From assembly GCA_010093815.1 (NCBI GenBank), contig ML996569.1: a DNA stretch of 64,000 nt. One strand, 5' to 3'. Shown in pieces: positions 51,169-64,000 of the stretch. Under the pieces are notes generated by a model. That model searched no databases. It was not told where the DNA came from and saw only the letters and a list, made by a program, of their open reading frames with translations. The DNA comes from Pseudovirgaria hyperparasitica. Lineage: Eukaryota. The translations under genes were made by a program, and so were the position numbers. The stretch's first letter is position 1; each line of letters opens with the position of its first letter.

Positions 51169-53335
51169 ATGAGGTCTCTCCTCCTCGGCCTCATTGGTGC
51201 CGCGCTCCCCTCCGCGCAAGCCCTCTTCATCAACGGCTCTGTAACGGCTCCCTGCGACTCGCCAATATACTGCTACGGATCCCTGCTCCATGATGTCGAA
51301 CTCGCCCGTCCCTTTGCTGACTCAAAAACTTTTGTCGATCTTCCCACAATTCGGCCGTTAGATGAGGTTCTGGCTGCATATCAGAACTTGTCCAAGCCAT
51401 TGAAGAACGACACCGCCTTGCACGATTTCCTGAACACCTATTTTGGCCAGGCAGGGGGTGAGCTGTCGGAGGTTCCGGCGGGCGAGTTGCGTACGGATGC
51501 ACAGTTTCTCGCACGAGTCCGAGATCCGGATGTGCGTGCTTTCATCGAGCAGGTCGTGGGTATATGGCCGTCGCTGACTCGGCGATACAATGCCTCCTCG
51601 TCGTCCATGTGTGACGGGTGTGTTGACTCGTTCATTCCAGTTGAGCGCCCGTTTGTCGTTGCCGGAGGACGCTTCCGCGAGCCGTACTACTGGGACTCGT
51701 TTTGGGTGATCGAGGGCTTGCTGAGGAGTGGAGGTAGTTTCGTGGGCATAGCGCGGAATATCATTGAGAACTTCCTCGATCTTGTTGAGCAGCTTGGGTT
51801 TGTGCCGAACGGCGCGCGGTGAGTTCTTCTTGTCCTGTGACTTTTTTGTTCCAGATACCGAGACGTGATAATATGGGGATGCTGATGTATCCAGTGTGTA
51901 CTATCTCAATCGCAGCCAACCGCCGCTGCTCACACAGATGGTCAAGGTGTATGTCGAGCATACAAACGATACCGCCATCCTCGAACGCGCTCTGCCCCTA
52001 CTGATCCGAGAATACGACTTTTTCACCACTAATCGCAGTGTCGACATTGACGCCTATGGCAAGACATACACCCTCAATCGCTACGCCGTGCAGAACAACC
52101 AACCGCGCCCGGAAAGCTACCGCGAGGACTACATCACCGCAACAAACACCTCCTACACCAACGACGAAGGCGCACAGTTTCCCGCCCTCCACAACCTTAC
52201 CGACTCCGAGCGCGCCACCCTCTACAGCAACCTCGCCTCCGGCGCCGAGTCCGGCTGGGACTACAGCAGCCGCTGGCTCGCAAACCCCTCCGACGACATC
52301 ACAAACACCTCCTTCCCACTCCGCAGCCTCAACACCATCTCCACAATCCCCGTCGACCTCAACAGCATTCTCTACGCCAACGAAGTCGCCATCGCCTCCT
52401 TCCTCACGACAACCGGCTCCCCAGCCGAAGCATCCAAATGGTCCGTCCGCGCCGCCGCCCGCAGCCAGGCCATGTACGACCTCATGTGGGACCCACGCTA
52501 CATGTCCTACTTCGACTACAACCTCACCTCACACTCCCGCAACACATACACGCCCCTCACCCCCGCCGGCGCCACAGACAACAACACCACACCACCACCC
52601 CCCGACGTCCCCGCCGGCCACTCCCTCTCCTTCTCCCTCGCCCACTTCACCCCCTTCTGGACATCCGCCGCCCCCGCATCCATCCTCCAGAACCCAACTA
52701 CAATGCGCCGCGTCTTCGCCCCTATCGCCGCCCGCCTCGCCGCCTTCCCCGGCTGTCTCGCCAGCACAAACACGCTTACAAGCCAGCAGTGGGACGCACC
52801 TAACGCTTGGCCCCCGCTGCAATATATCGTCATGCGCGGCATCCTGAACGTGCCCCCCACCAGCGGCACGGTGGGCGACGCAGGGGCGGATTGGACGTGG
52901 CTGCAGGACCTCGCGCGGCGTGTGGCGCAGCGGTATGTAGATGCGACGTTTTGTGGGTGGGAGGCGACGGGTGGGGGGAAGGTGGATGGGAGTGTGGAGG
53001 GCGGGCGGACGAGAGGGGTTATGTTTGAGAAGTATAGTGAGGAGCGGGTTGGGGTTGCTGGGGGTGGGGGCGAGTATGAGGTTGTGGAGGGGTTTGGGTG
53101 GACGAATGGGGTTTTGTGAGTCTTATTCTCTTTTTTTTTCTGTGTGCTGTGCTTGTGTGTGGATGAATGAATGAGCTGACTTTTTGGGTGTAGGATTTGG
53201 GTTGGGGATGTTTTTGGGGGGCAGGTGGAGAGGCCGGTCTGTCCGGGGGTGGAGGGGGCGACGAGGATGAGAGGCAGGAGTGCGGTGGAGTTGGAGAGCG
53301 GGGATGCGGTGAGGGTGAAGAGGTTTGGGAGGTAG
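51169..53335 (+). CDS. Secreted GH37 alpha,alpha-trehalase, 3 exons
   Basis: Signal peptide; DSKTFVD, AGGRFREPYYWDS, GFVPNGAR..YYLNRSQPP, PRPESYRED, SGAESGWDYSSRW, QQWDAPNAWPP, GGGGEY...GFGWTNG. Confidence 0.96.
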
Positions 53336-53640
53336 GTATAAGAGTGTGTTGATTATGAAAAGGGGGGATGAGTGGACGTGTCGATATAAGGATTTTAGCT
53401 ATTGAGCTCTCTGGAGATGACGCTGGTAATATACATAAGTCGTCAAGATAATAGAGATGTTATATCTCTACTCTTAAACCTTGTACCATGTCCAGAGTAG
53501 TAAGACGTCCATAGAGAGACACACACACACCATCCATACATCTAGACTCGAAACCCAGAATATATAATGCTCCCATTCTCACAGCCCTATAAATAACCAT
53601 AATATACAAGCCCACCCATCCCATCCAATTCCATGCCCCC

Positions 53641-56061
53641 CTAAGCCTTCCCATCCACCGGAAACCTACCCAAAAACTTAAACGTCCGCAACGCATCCAC
53701 CAGCTTCCCCACAAACCCCTCATCCGCACCCGAAGCCACAATAACCCCCTCCCCATCCGGAATCGCCACGCCTTTAAACACCCCCTTCAAATCCGCCACC
53801 GGCTTCCCCCACCGATATGCATCAAGCAGGATACTCAGCGGACGTCCGGATGGGAACTCGGGCGTGGAGGTGATGGGGCTGAAGAACGAGGGGTCAGCGG
53901 CAGCAATGACGGCGTCGAAGCCCGTGGCGTCGGCTTGTGCGTATGTCTGGGTGGTGCTGCTGCCGCCGTAGTGTTCGGCGACGACGACGAGGTCGACGTT
54001 GTGTGTTGCGAGTGCGGATTTGAGGCTTGTGTAGTCTGTAGTGTCGGCGGCGGTGGTCAGGAGGCCGACGCGCAGGCCATCGAGGCGGAGGAGCGGGGTG
54101 CCGAAGACGGCGACGCCGGCGGTTTTGTTGTCGTGGTAGTATGTTGCGTCTGGAGCTGGGGCGGTGAGGCCGAGGGCGGAGGCGACGCGGGAGGCGATAT
54201 CGTGGGAGACGCGGTTGAGTTGGATGAGGACGTTGTTTTTGACAATGTCGCTCTTGAGGTTGCTTGTTTCGAAGCGGATTGCGTTGATGAGGAATTGCTG
54301 CTCGACTGGCGGGAGGGAGTTGTAGAAGAGGCGGGGCTGCGACCAGACGTCGTTGAAGGTGGAGGAGACGGCGCGGACGAGGTTGCCGGAGAATGTGCGG
54401 CCTGGGGCGGTGAAGAAGCCGCGGCCGGAGGTTTGGTTTGCTTGTTTGGGCGAGGCTCTGTTGAGGGTGTTGGGAGAGTAGGCGGCGGTGTTGAGGGGGA
54501 TGAACATTTGGCCTGGGGGAGGTTAGTTTGGGGTTCATGATTGTACGGGTTGTGGGATGTGTTACCTGCGCCATCGCGGTTGTTGTTGTGCCAGGGTACG
54601 CGTGGCTGGTTGATGGGAAGTTGTTCGAAGTTTGGACCGCCGTTGCGGTTCAATTGCGTGTCGAGGTAGGAGTAGATGCGGCCTTGAAGCAAGGGGTCTT
54701 CGGAGAAGTCGATGCCGCGGACGATATGGCCAGGTTGGAACTGCAATTTGTAAGCGAGGCAAGCATTCACTACACAGGTAAGCTTACCATGACCTGCTCG
54801 GTCTCGGCAAAGTAGTTCCGTGGGTTGCGGTTCAATGTCAGCTTGCCGAGTTTGGTCAGGGGGACGAGCTCTTCGGGCACGATCTTGGTCGGATCCAAGA
54901 CATCAAAGCCAAACCGCAGTTGGTCTTGCTCGTCCATAATTTGTACCGCAAGCTGTTATGTCAGCGTCAGCATTCAACTACCCACACTACCATTCTCTGG
55001 AATATCTCACCTCCCACTCCGGGAAGCGCTGCTTCTCGATAGACTCAAACAAGTCCTGTCTGTGGAAATCGGCATTCTTTCCAGCCAGGACTTGCGCTTC
55101 CTCCCACACGAGACCAGTCTTCCCGGTCAGAGACTTCCAGTGGAACTTGACCAGCTTGGACGCTCCATCGTCTGTCACAAAGCGGAACGTGTGCACACCA
55201 AATCCATCCATGTGTCTGTACGACCTGACAATCCCATTTGGAGCCATGGCCCAGAACAGCGTGTGCAGCGTCGAAGGCTGCTGACTGAAAAAGTCCCATG
55301 CCGTATCATGAGCAGTGGCCGCTTGTGGAATTTCGGAGTCGGGACTTGGTTTCACCTAACAGCCGTTAGTTCTTACTTTCTCGGCATGTCACGCCACAGT
55401 CATACCGCATGGATTAGATCGGGGAACAGAATCGCATCTTGAATGAAAAAGACCGGAATATTGTTGCCCACAATATCTTGGGAAGAGTCAGCCAATTGAA
55501 CACACAGCCCGGATGATATGACAGACCAAAGTTGCCCTCGTCAGTGTAAAATCGAACCGCAAAACCATGCACATCACGCGCTGTGTCAGCAGATCCGCGG
55601 CTGCCGGCAACAGTGGAGAAGCGAATGAAGATGGGCGTCTGTTTGCCTTGCGATCCCAGGAATGAGGCAGCCGTAATGTTGGACCAGTCACCATACGATT
55701 CAAAGACACCGTGAGCACCAGCACCTCGTGCGTGGACAGCACGCTCGGGTACCCGTTCATGATCAAAGTGCTGGATCTTCTGGCGGAAGATAAAGTCCTC
55801 AAGCAAAGTTGGGCCGCGCTCCCCAGCAGACAGACTGTTTTGATCGGAGAAAGGCCCGCCTACGTCGCTCGTGAGGTAGGTATCGGTATCGTCGAGTTCG
55901 TATCGCGCGAGAAAATCATTTGTGTCCGTGGTAGCATCACGGCGATGGACGCCTGCATGTTGAGCTGGGGCATCGCGGGCCTCTTCTGCTCCCATGTATG
56001 GACATCCTGCCGCAGTAACAGATGCTGCAAAGGCTAGAAGGCCAATTGATCGGGTGAACAT
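53641..56061 (-). CDS. catB: Secreted large-subunit catalase (CatB/Cat-3 type) with C-terminal DJ-1-like domain
   Basis: Signal peptide; [51 protein letters not shown]-terminal extension with FDAV. Confidence 0.96.
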
Positions 56062-59000
56062 CTTTGTGTGGGGCTTGAAAGATGCACAAGAAGTAGCTGC
56101 GGCAGGTGGAAAGATGCACCGTGGTGCACTGCTCCTTTTATAGATTCAATGCCAACAACAGTGTGGTTGGATTGCGTGAGCCTTGCATCAGTACACAGCA
56201 CGAGTGTAGATCCACCCCGGTGTCCAAAAGGTGCAGGTAAAGATATAGTCGATTGCGCGAATGGGAAGCCTTGCGCTCGGGTTAGCAAAGGATCGCAATG
56301 GAAAGGTGAACCCATAAAATAACAATACTGATTGGGAAGGTCATGGGCGGCATGACATCTGAAAATTCGATGTAGATTGGAGCTTCGACCATCAATGAAC
56401 TTGATATGTGGAGGATTGTCATTGCTCACAGCAAGCTATGGCCATCCTGATGCCCGTTTCACGAAAATACGTGTCCGAAAGGTGATCCCATAGGTATGAT
56501 ACACTAGGCATCCCGGCCTTGTGGGTCATCGCCAGGCCCGCGCCGTACCCAACGGCAAGACCACCAAGACCGAGATAATTTGGTAATTTGTGGCGTGGTG
56601 CGTGCAGGAGTTGACCAACCACCAAGCTTGGTTCGAAAACGTATGTAGGGGCATTGAACTCGGCGGCATGCCGAGTTCCGGATCGTGTTTTCTTATGTAC
56701 AAAGTCACATATCCGGAGATCGTTCCGGGTCTTCTGTAGCCGGTGCGGTGCCCACGTTCCTGCCATCGTGTGCAGCGACGGAGGTCATGATCTCCGGAAT
56801 TTCTGGTAGGCTGGTACTGGCAGAGTGCACATTCACATTGAGAGTTGGTATGATCCATCTATATCCCGACAAGATTCTCGCAAGGGTGTACCGCATAACG
56901 ACACTCAATGTGATACGTGCGGGAACCCACAGTGGGGGATGCACAAGGCCACCGATGCTCCAATGGTTTGTGCGCAATTGCTGATCGAAGAGCCGCAATA
57001 GGCCCGTTCCTGTGCGATGCCTTATCAATCATCACACCGGGGCGTTTTCCGTGTACCGTGCCACATTGCCGCGGCTTGCAAAAGGCAAGGCCAAGACGGC
57101 TGTGTTTATGAAAGGAGGAACATGACCCTGTAAGCGCGCTTGGGAGCAAAGACACGAATGAGAGGTCATAGGTCAGCCAGTGGAAGCGATTGTCGTCGAC
57201 ATTATAGATTCCATACAAATGTCATGGACTAGTGTGGTCTCCGGTCCGGGGATTGTGACGACTGTGGGAACTTTGATTTCGAATCATGGAGGTCGAGGCC
57301 AGGACAGTAATACAGTAATCCTTACATTCGAGACCCTGCCAAGAGCCAGTCTTTTGCAAATGCGGCGTCGTCAATCCTGCTGTGACGCCTCCCGAGAATG
57401 CGGTTATTAATACCCATCATACGACACCGTTTCCGTGCATGTCGTCTAGTCCAAAAATCAGGACAGACCTGAGATTGCATTACATTGAGAGAGGTTAGCT
57501 AGGTATTAAACATCGCACTGCTTAAGCCCAATCGGGAAGTATAGCCGAAGTTTTCGGATTTAATGCAAAACCTACCTTTCTTACCAAGTTCTTTCATCAT
57601 GAATATCATCAGAGAAATGGTAATTGAGCAATCCGATCTCTCTTTCTAGGTGAATTAGTCTAAACTCTTTAAGATAACCCAGTCTCAAAGAACATCTAGT
57701 ACTTGGTTGTATGTTCTAATCGTACGAATGCATGATACTAGTAACCTATATAACTATTACTACGTAGAGGGCCGTTTATAATTAGCTTCGAAGATAGAAT
57801 GAGTAAGCCCAATGTACTACAACGGTCCAATCAAGGTTATAGTAAAGAGAATGACTTTCGCACACTTAGCTCGAACATTTACCCGAGTTTACTTACTGGT
57901 CTTTCATTCTATTATCTTCTACATATACCCTAGACGTCCTGCTTGATCAGGAAATCGTTGTGCAGCCTTGAGCCAGGGACCGATGCGGTCCTTAGTCGGT
58001 CCTGAATCATTGACCCCATGAAAAACAATGCCAAGGGCCTGTCGTTGCCAAGGCAAATAATTATACTCCGCTCCTCGTCGGTGACACGTGTGTAACCAGT
58101 GCCGCCGTAGCTGTGTTGCCTTACTCCTGGTCGAATCGTGTCGTTGGTGACAGGAAGATCCATGGTGGGTAAGTGCCCAAGAGCATGCCACGGGCGTCTA
58201 ACAGTATCACAGCCAATGCGAGGCTGTCGGTTGGTCTTGGCATGGTTGGAGATGCGCGGTCGTCGGTGATGAAGCTGTCGCAACCATGATGTTGGAACCA
58301 ATTCTATATTGAGCGAGTCAAGAGATTACAACAATCATTGAGGCTCAGAGGCCATTTCAACGGGATTGAAAGAGCAATCCGGGAACAGATAGATACACAG
58401 CACGTGATTCGTTTCATTCTGTGCGGGCAATACTCATCAAGGACGACACAATATCCACAGATGCGACCAGACAACATCCTCTAGATGTATGTTTCTGAGC
58501 TATAAGCTTCTACGGCACAGGTATGGTTTACATCCATCTAAATGCACACCCTGTTCATTCTGCATCACGTGTGCTCGCGATTGTGACGCGTTGCCAAGCG
58601 CGTATCAAGTCGGCCTCCTTTCACCACCCCTCAATGAGCACTTTTGTCTCATATTGCTGTGTCTTCTTGTGAGCGGAAGGTTGTCTTCCGCGCATGCGTA
58701 TTGTCTGGCGAGCATACTGTAGGATCTGGCCATAAAGGTCAATGACGCCACGCGGCCGCCATCGTACCACAAAAGCACAGCCTCAAGAGCCTGTATTCAG
58801 TTCCCCGATAGCTTTTCACCAGTAGAGTCCTCTTTTTCGATAGTCAGCTCGTGCTAAACATTACCGTATAGATCTTTTAGTCTTACATTCTTCTCTTTCA
58901 TCTTAGTAGTCTTCAAGTATAGTTGCGGGTATCATCTCAGGGGGTGTGATCCAATCTTGCCTGGCCAAGAGCTATGCTAGCGATCCTCCGGAAGAGCTTA

Positions 59001-61301
59001 GGCGTTTCCCTATCTAACACCGATCTTATTCTCATCTCTTTCTATTTTTCGTTCATCATGCGCAGTGGATATGTGATCTCTAGTAGAAATGACAATTCTT
59101 GCATGAGCGGGGACGCAGTGGGAATTGCCTTTTTCCCAGGGGAACGTCGTACGCTACGGCCATGGCACATCTCCCTCTCTTTGGATCTCTCTGTAAGCGC
59201 AGTGTGTAGACTGGCGCGTGTGTTGCGCGATCTAAGGATGATATGCTGATCGGTATTCGATAGTCTGGTGGACGTAAGGATTGATAGGAAGAACTGACTT
59301 GTAGTCTTGATATCGTTTGGAGACATTGTGTGGTAGAGTCACAGTATTGGTTCAAGAGGTGGCGAGGCATATTAGGTTCGGTAGGGTAGCATCTTTAAGT
59401 GAGGTCGCACTAGGAGACTCGGCATGGAGGATGGCCTGGATTTGTATCTGCTGACAATGTTAGTATCGTTCTCTGATGTGTTTTGGAATTTGGTTGTTCT
59501 GCGATGACGCGCGATGGAGTGGTGTAGCAGTGATAGTGCTCCTTTCCCATTTCATGCTTGCTCCTACGCAGAGTAATGGTCTCGTCCACGGTGTCGATTC
59601 GTCATTGTATGTCTCATCCTGCGTACATGGGACGTCTGTCGGTCACGAGAGGGCAATCGACGCTGGTGTGAGTTGTAAGTCAATCAACGCTAGCTTGATC
59701 AGGTCAGCTTGTTTATACACTGGGCGAAGCAAACGATCTCAAGCTAACATCTATCGCCTATTTACACATCCCCGAGATTGTCCTATTGCAGCTATATCTG
59801 TAGCAATCAGCCTGCCCTCGAATCGAAAGAAGTATCCCTTACTCCTACCTCCTCGACCGAATCCTTAGTCGTATACCAACCAACACCGATGCCACTGGGC
59901 CCTCGGAAGAACTTGAGGATATCAATACGTACCGCATATTTGCATCCAAGCTATGTTAAACAAGCTTTCCAGCTCCTCATTACTTTCATGTCTAGGTAAT
60001 AACACTGTCTTGATAGGCTTGCCTGGATCGGACGGATACTCTATGTGAGAACTATTAGTCTCAACGCTGTTGCCATGCTGTGTGAAGTTACTAGCTTTCC
60101 GATATCAATTTGATACAAAGAGGGCAGAGATCCCTCCCTACAATGACTTGCAACTCTACTTATCCTGGCGAGCCATGGTAAGCATCCTCTAAAAAACTGC
60201 TATACACTCGTCCATTGTCACGGCTGTGCGCTCGTTTTATGGTATATCATGAAGGCAATTCAGTTCCCTTTCTGGCGCTTATTCACGAGTCTTGGAGACA
60301 TGGCACCCTGTATGGACCGCGACATGATATAGAGCTCTAACTTGTACCTTTATCAAAAGCTCTGTTTGGAGGATTGGACGCCAACTATAATTCATACTGG
60401 GGAGCCTTAGATGACATTCAGATCATTAAACGGCTACTTAATCATAGCACAGAAGCATTGAATCTACCATAGAAGACACTCCATGATTCTCTACATGTGG
60501 TTATGTGAGACAGGATCTATGATCTTCCCCAATATTATAACTATACCGTTCTTCGTATACTAATGGTATAGTTGATCTTGGAAGTGGTGAGAACGCCATG
60601 CTTCACATGTCTTGTACTTTAATTACTAGAATACAAAGCTCCACCAAGCCTTGGAATCTTCAACGGTAGGAATGCTATACCCTCCTATCGTCGTCTTGCA
60701 ATGTGTCCCGCGGCGGACCCATGGTTTCTCTGATCATAATCTGCATTCTCACACCTGTTCCCTCCGCTACCACATTTGATATAGATTTATGCCTTGACTG
60801 CGTGTATAACTCTTCACCACTGGTATTGGGACCTCTCAACTTAAGAACAGGGTTTGGAAATTACCTTATTTTCCGCCAATGAGTATCCCAAATTGGAAGA
60901 GCTTAAGTACAGTAAGAAGACCTACAGCCTAAACAATGTCAATCTCGCTAAGCTCTCGTAAACAGACCAGGCCACACACCGTTGCCGCGTGCCTAAGGCC
61001 ATATTACACATTTGATGCCCCACAGTACTAGAAGCTACGGTGAAACTCAGTTGCTTATGTGTTTCTCTCCCGGACCCTGCTCCAACTTTTGCTCCAAATA
61101 TTCAAGTTCCATCTGTCCTCTACCATAAATCCCCAATTTCTTTCTTTGACACCCTTGATCTTTGCAATCATCGATCACATCAATCTCTCCCTCGTAGAGC
61201 CCCTGAATTTGTCTTGCATCGCCTTTAATACCTCAACAAGTGTGATAGCAACAATTCACTGAGCTACATTTCTTCGAATAAGTCACAAGCAACAGATCAG
61301 C

Positions 61302-62510
61302 ATGCAAGCATCTCCCAAGGCCCCGGTGCCTAACGAGCCAAAGAAGATCACAGAGCCTATGTCGGCCAAGAGATCCGCCTCGAGCAACGATCTAAGAGGA
61401 GAGCAGCAAGCAGTCCGCTTTAAATTTGATGAAGATGAGCAGGCTGTTGGTGAGAAGCTGTCATGCCAGTCCGCCATCAACCAGAGACACGACAAACAGG
61501 AGCCCATCGATACGGAGATTCTCATCACAATGCCAGCCAACACTGAATCCATCATACCTACTCCAACGAACCTTAGCACGAATCTTATTAACACGAACCC
61601 AAATGTCAAGAAAGACACGACTATCTTAGCCTTGGACCTCGCTAGGATGAAGAATACGTCTCAAGAGTTCGGTAGCTACATCACCAGAACAACTTCCAAT
61701 CAATATATCAATGTCCCTGGTGTCGGCAGGGCAGTGAAAAAAGGATCCTCATTCTTCGAAACATCCTCTACACAGCCTCCAAGAAAAATGGTCTGCTTCT
61801 TAGAAATTCCAGCCGAGATACGCGTTTCTGTGTACGAGTTTGTTCTCGGACCGCTCCACGAGGGATTCCACATCCCCTCTCGATTTATTGACACGTTCAA
61901 TTCACGAAAGCCACGATGTAGAGACTTCAACATCCTCCGAGTTTGTCGCCAAATCTACAAGGAAGCTATCCATATTTTCTGGAAGAACACAGTGTGTCTT
62001 AGCGGCCACTTGAATCAGACAGATCTCACAACCCGATTTACAAGGCCTGCACTTGCTTGTATAACCTACATTAGGGTCCATGTAGACATCGACATCGTTC
62101 TAGAACACGGTCTAAGAAGGAACGGTGCCCCTTTCTTGGATCTAGGTCTTCTACCTACCCTCAAGCAAATAGCGGTGGTTGTCTACAAGTGGAGCTTCCA
62201 AATGCCTTGGTTGGCGTTAGAGGCATCGGAAGAAGCAGTAAAGCTCAAATGGCTGATGCTGGATCTATTACGCACAGTCCCTTCATCTGTGAATCTTGCC
62301 TTTGAGGCACCGGGAGTGAACGGACTTGTTCGAAATCCTGTCATGATCGACACAGAGGGAGCTCCGCATCATTTCTACGACCCAGCATACCTTGAGGAAC
62401 TCTGTGATTTCTACAGAGCCGTAAAGTCAGGTTTAATGGACAATGAAAGGGCAATGCCGGAGGTGAGGGTACTACCCCGTATCAATAGGGTACGGATTAC
62501 ATTACTCTAA
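61302..62510 (+). CDS. Hypothetical protein with an internal F-box-like segment
   Basis: CFLEIPAEIRVSVYEFVL and NILRVCRQIYKEA..IFWKN; 402-aa ORF; true start uncertain. Confidence 0.65.
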   Translation: MQASPKAPVPNEPKKITEPMSAKRSASSNDLRGEQQAVRFKFDEDEQAVGEKLSCQSAINQRHDKQEPIDTEILITMPANTESIIPTPTNLSTNLINTNPNVKKDTTILALDLARMKNTSQEFGSYITRTTSNQYINVPGVGRAVKKGSSFFETSSTQPPRKMVCFLEIPAEIRVSVYEFVLGPLHEGFHIPSRFIDTFNSRKPRCRDFNILRVCRQIYKEAIHIFWKNTVCLSGHLNQTDLTTRFTRPALACITYIRVHVDIDIVLEHGLRRNGAPFLDLGLLPTLKQIAVVVYKWSFQMPWLALEASEEAVKLKWLMLDLLRTVPSSVNLAFEAPGVNGLVRNPVMIDTEGAPHHFYDPAYLEELCDFYRAVKSGLMDNERAMPEVRVLPRINRVRITLL

Positions 62511-62759
62511 GCACTCTATGTAATTGAACTTGACCACGTAGAAGTGGTTAGGAATCAGGGTCCCACGTTTGCAATCTAAATAAGTGTAGCTAGATTAGAA
62601 TACACGTATTAACTATAAGATAATCTAAAGCTACTAGTGAATACATGCAAGGAGAAAGCTAGCCAAGTATCGTTTTCTATGAATATACTATTAGAAAGAG
62701 GTCTCAAAGAGTAGTCTTAATTAACCACTATATAATTTACTAATATAAGGCGTCTATCA

Positions 62760-64000
62760 CTCTAATAGCTTAGACAAGATATAACCATTAGGTTTAGAAT
62801 ATCTAGCTAAGGATCTTATAGATAGCTTAACATTTAAATAATTTCTCTTAGTATATAAGTATAAATACACGGTGCCTAGGTAAGATAAAGTAAGGACACT
62901 TATTATATCTACTAAAATATCTTATAAGTAGTCTAAAATATAAATGATTTCTTTTTACTTAGAAGTAGAACTAAGGGTACCTAGATAAAGGTAAGATACC
63001 TTAGTAAATAAAGTCAATCTAAAACTCTCATAGGTAGTCTAACAATTTAAGGTTTTCTCTTAGCTTAAAGGCATGATTAAAAGATACTTAAATAATATAA
63101 AGCGATTTAATTCATGATACCTAGTTAAGAAGCATGTAGCTAGCTTAACTATATAATGTTTTCTCTTGACTTAGAAATACATTTTTAAAGCTACCTACTA
63201 ACGGTAACATAGTTGGAATATAGCTACCTACTTAGATTTATTATTACTATCCTAACTTAATAAGATTTCTTTTAGCTTAAGGAGCGTAATTAAAAGTATC
63301 TGGGTAATGAAAAAATAGTTAGATCTATGACACTAAGTTTAGAATCTTATAGCTATTCTAACTTTATAAGATTCTTCTTTAACCTAAACTATATAATTAA
63401 AGTTACTTTAGTAAATTAGAACCTTTAAATCTATAATACATATCTAGGGATCTTATAGTCTACTTAATTATTTAAAGTTCTTATTTAGTTTATAAACGTA
63501 ACTAATAGTATCTAGATAAGGTAAAATAGCTAGATTTATAGTACGAATCCGAGTATCTCGTAGTCTAGATAAGGTATAGTCGTTAGCTTCATAACATACA
63601 GCTAAGGATCTTATAGCTAGGTTAATTATCTATTGTTTTCCTTTAGTTCAAAAGCGTAAATAATGGTACATAGACGAGGTAACATGGTTATATTTATAAC
63701 ACATATTCAAGTTTCTTGTAGCCTGGGCAAGGTAAAATGTTTAGCTTTGGAGTATCTAGTTCAAGATCTTGTAGCCAGCTTAAGTATCCAAAGTTTTTTT
63801 CTTACTTTAGGAGCATACTTGATAGTGCCTATATAAGGTAAAATCGTTCGCTTTATGACACCTGCTCATGTATCTCATAGTCAAGACAAGGACAAATGAT
63901 AAGGTCAATAGCATGTACTCAAAAGATCTTGTAGCCAGCTCAACAATTCGATGTTTTCTCTCCTCTTAAGAGCGTAATTGAGGCTGTCTATGACAGGAAT
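62760..64000. repeat. AT-rich, RIP-affected tandem array of diverged ~53-bp monomers, running off the window end
   Basis: GATCTT(G/A)TAG-like anchors at ~62812, 62918, 63024, 63130, 63343, 63449, 63554, 63607, 63712, 63765, 63871 and 63925 (spacings ~53 or ~106); recurring AGATAAGGTAAAAT-like motif. Confidence 0.85.

Noticed and set aside
56100..61250. Many short ORFs in the 5-kb region upstream of catalase
   Set aside because: No motifs, consistent splice pattern or coding-like composition; treated as intergenic or decayed sequence
62760..64000. CRISPR array or ankyrin/LRR coding repeat
   Set aside because: Eukaryotic context with no cas genes and no identical repeats with unique spacers; the ~53-bp period is not a multiple of 3 and the frames I read contain stops

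Overview
Intron-containing genomic DNA of a filamentous ascomycete (short GT-AG introns with CTRAC/CTAAC-type branch sites, RIP-like AT-rich tracts). The centrepiece is a compact putative diterpenoid biosynthetic gene cluster (~17.1-32.9 kb). It contains a bifunctional class II/class I CPS/KS-type diterpene synthase (DADD, DEYME and NDxxSxxxD motifs intact), a DHA-type MFS exporter, three P450s of different families, a Pth11/rhodopsin-like membrane protein and a hemerythrin (HHE) protein. No GGPP synthase or transcription factor is visible in it. Flanking genes: a P450, a secreted PhlG/DAPG-hydrolase-like protein, a frameshifted APH-like kinase, two SDRs, alternative oxidase, a frameshifted class-3 lipase, peroxisomal alcohol oxidase, a secreted App1-like phosphatase, an allantoate-permease-type MFS next to a DmpA-like peptidase, GH37 trehalase, a large secreted catalase and two F-box-like hypotheticals. 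The window ends in a ~53-bp-monomer higher-order tandem array showing a RIP gradient. All calls are from motif recognition by eye; no database searches were run, and exon boundaries were inferred manually.
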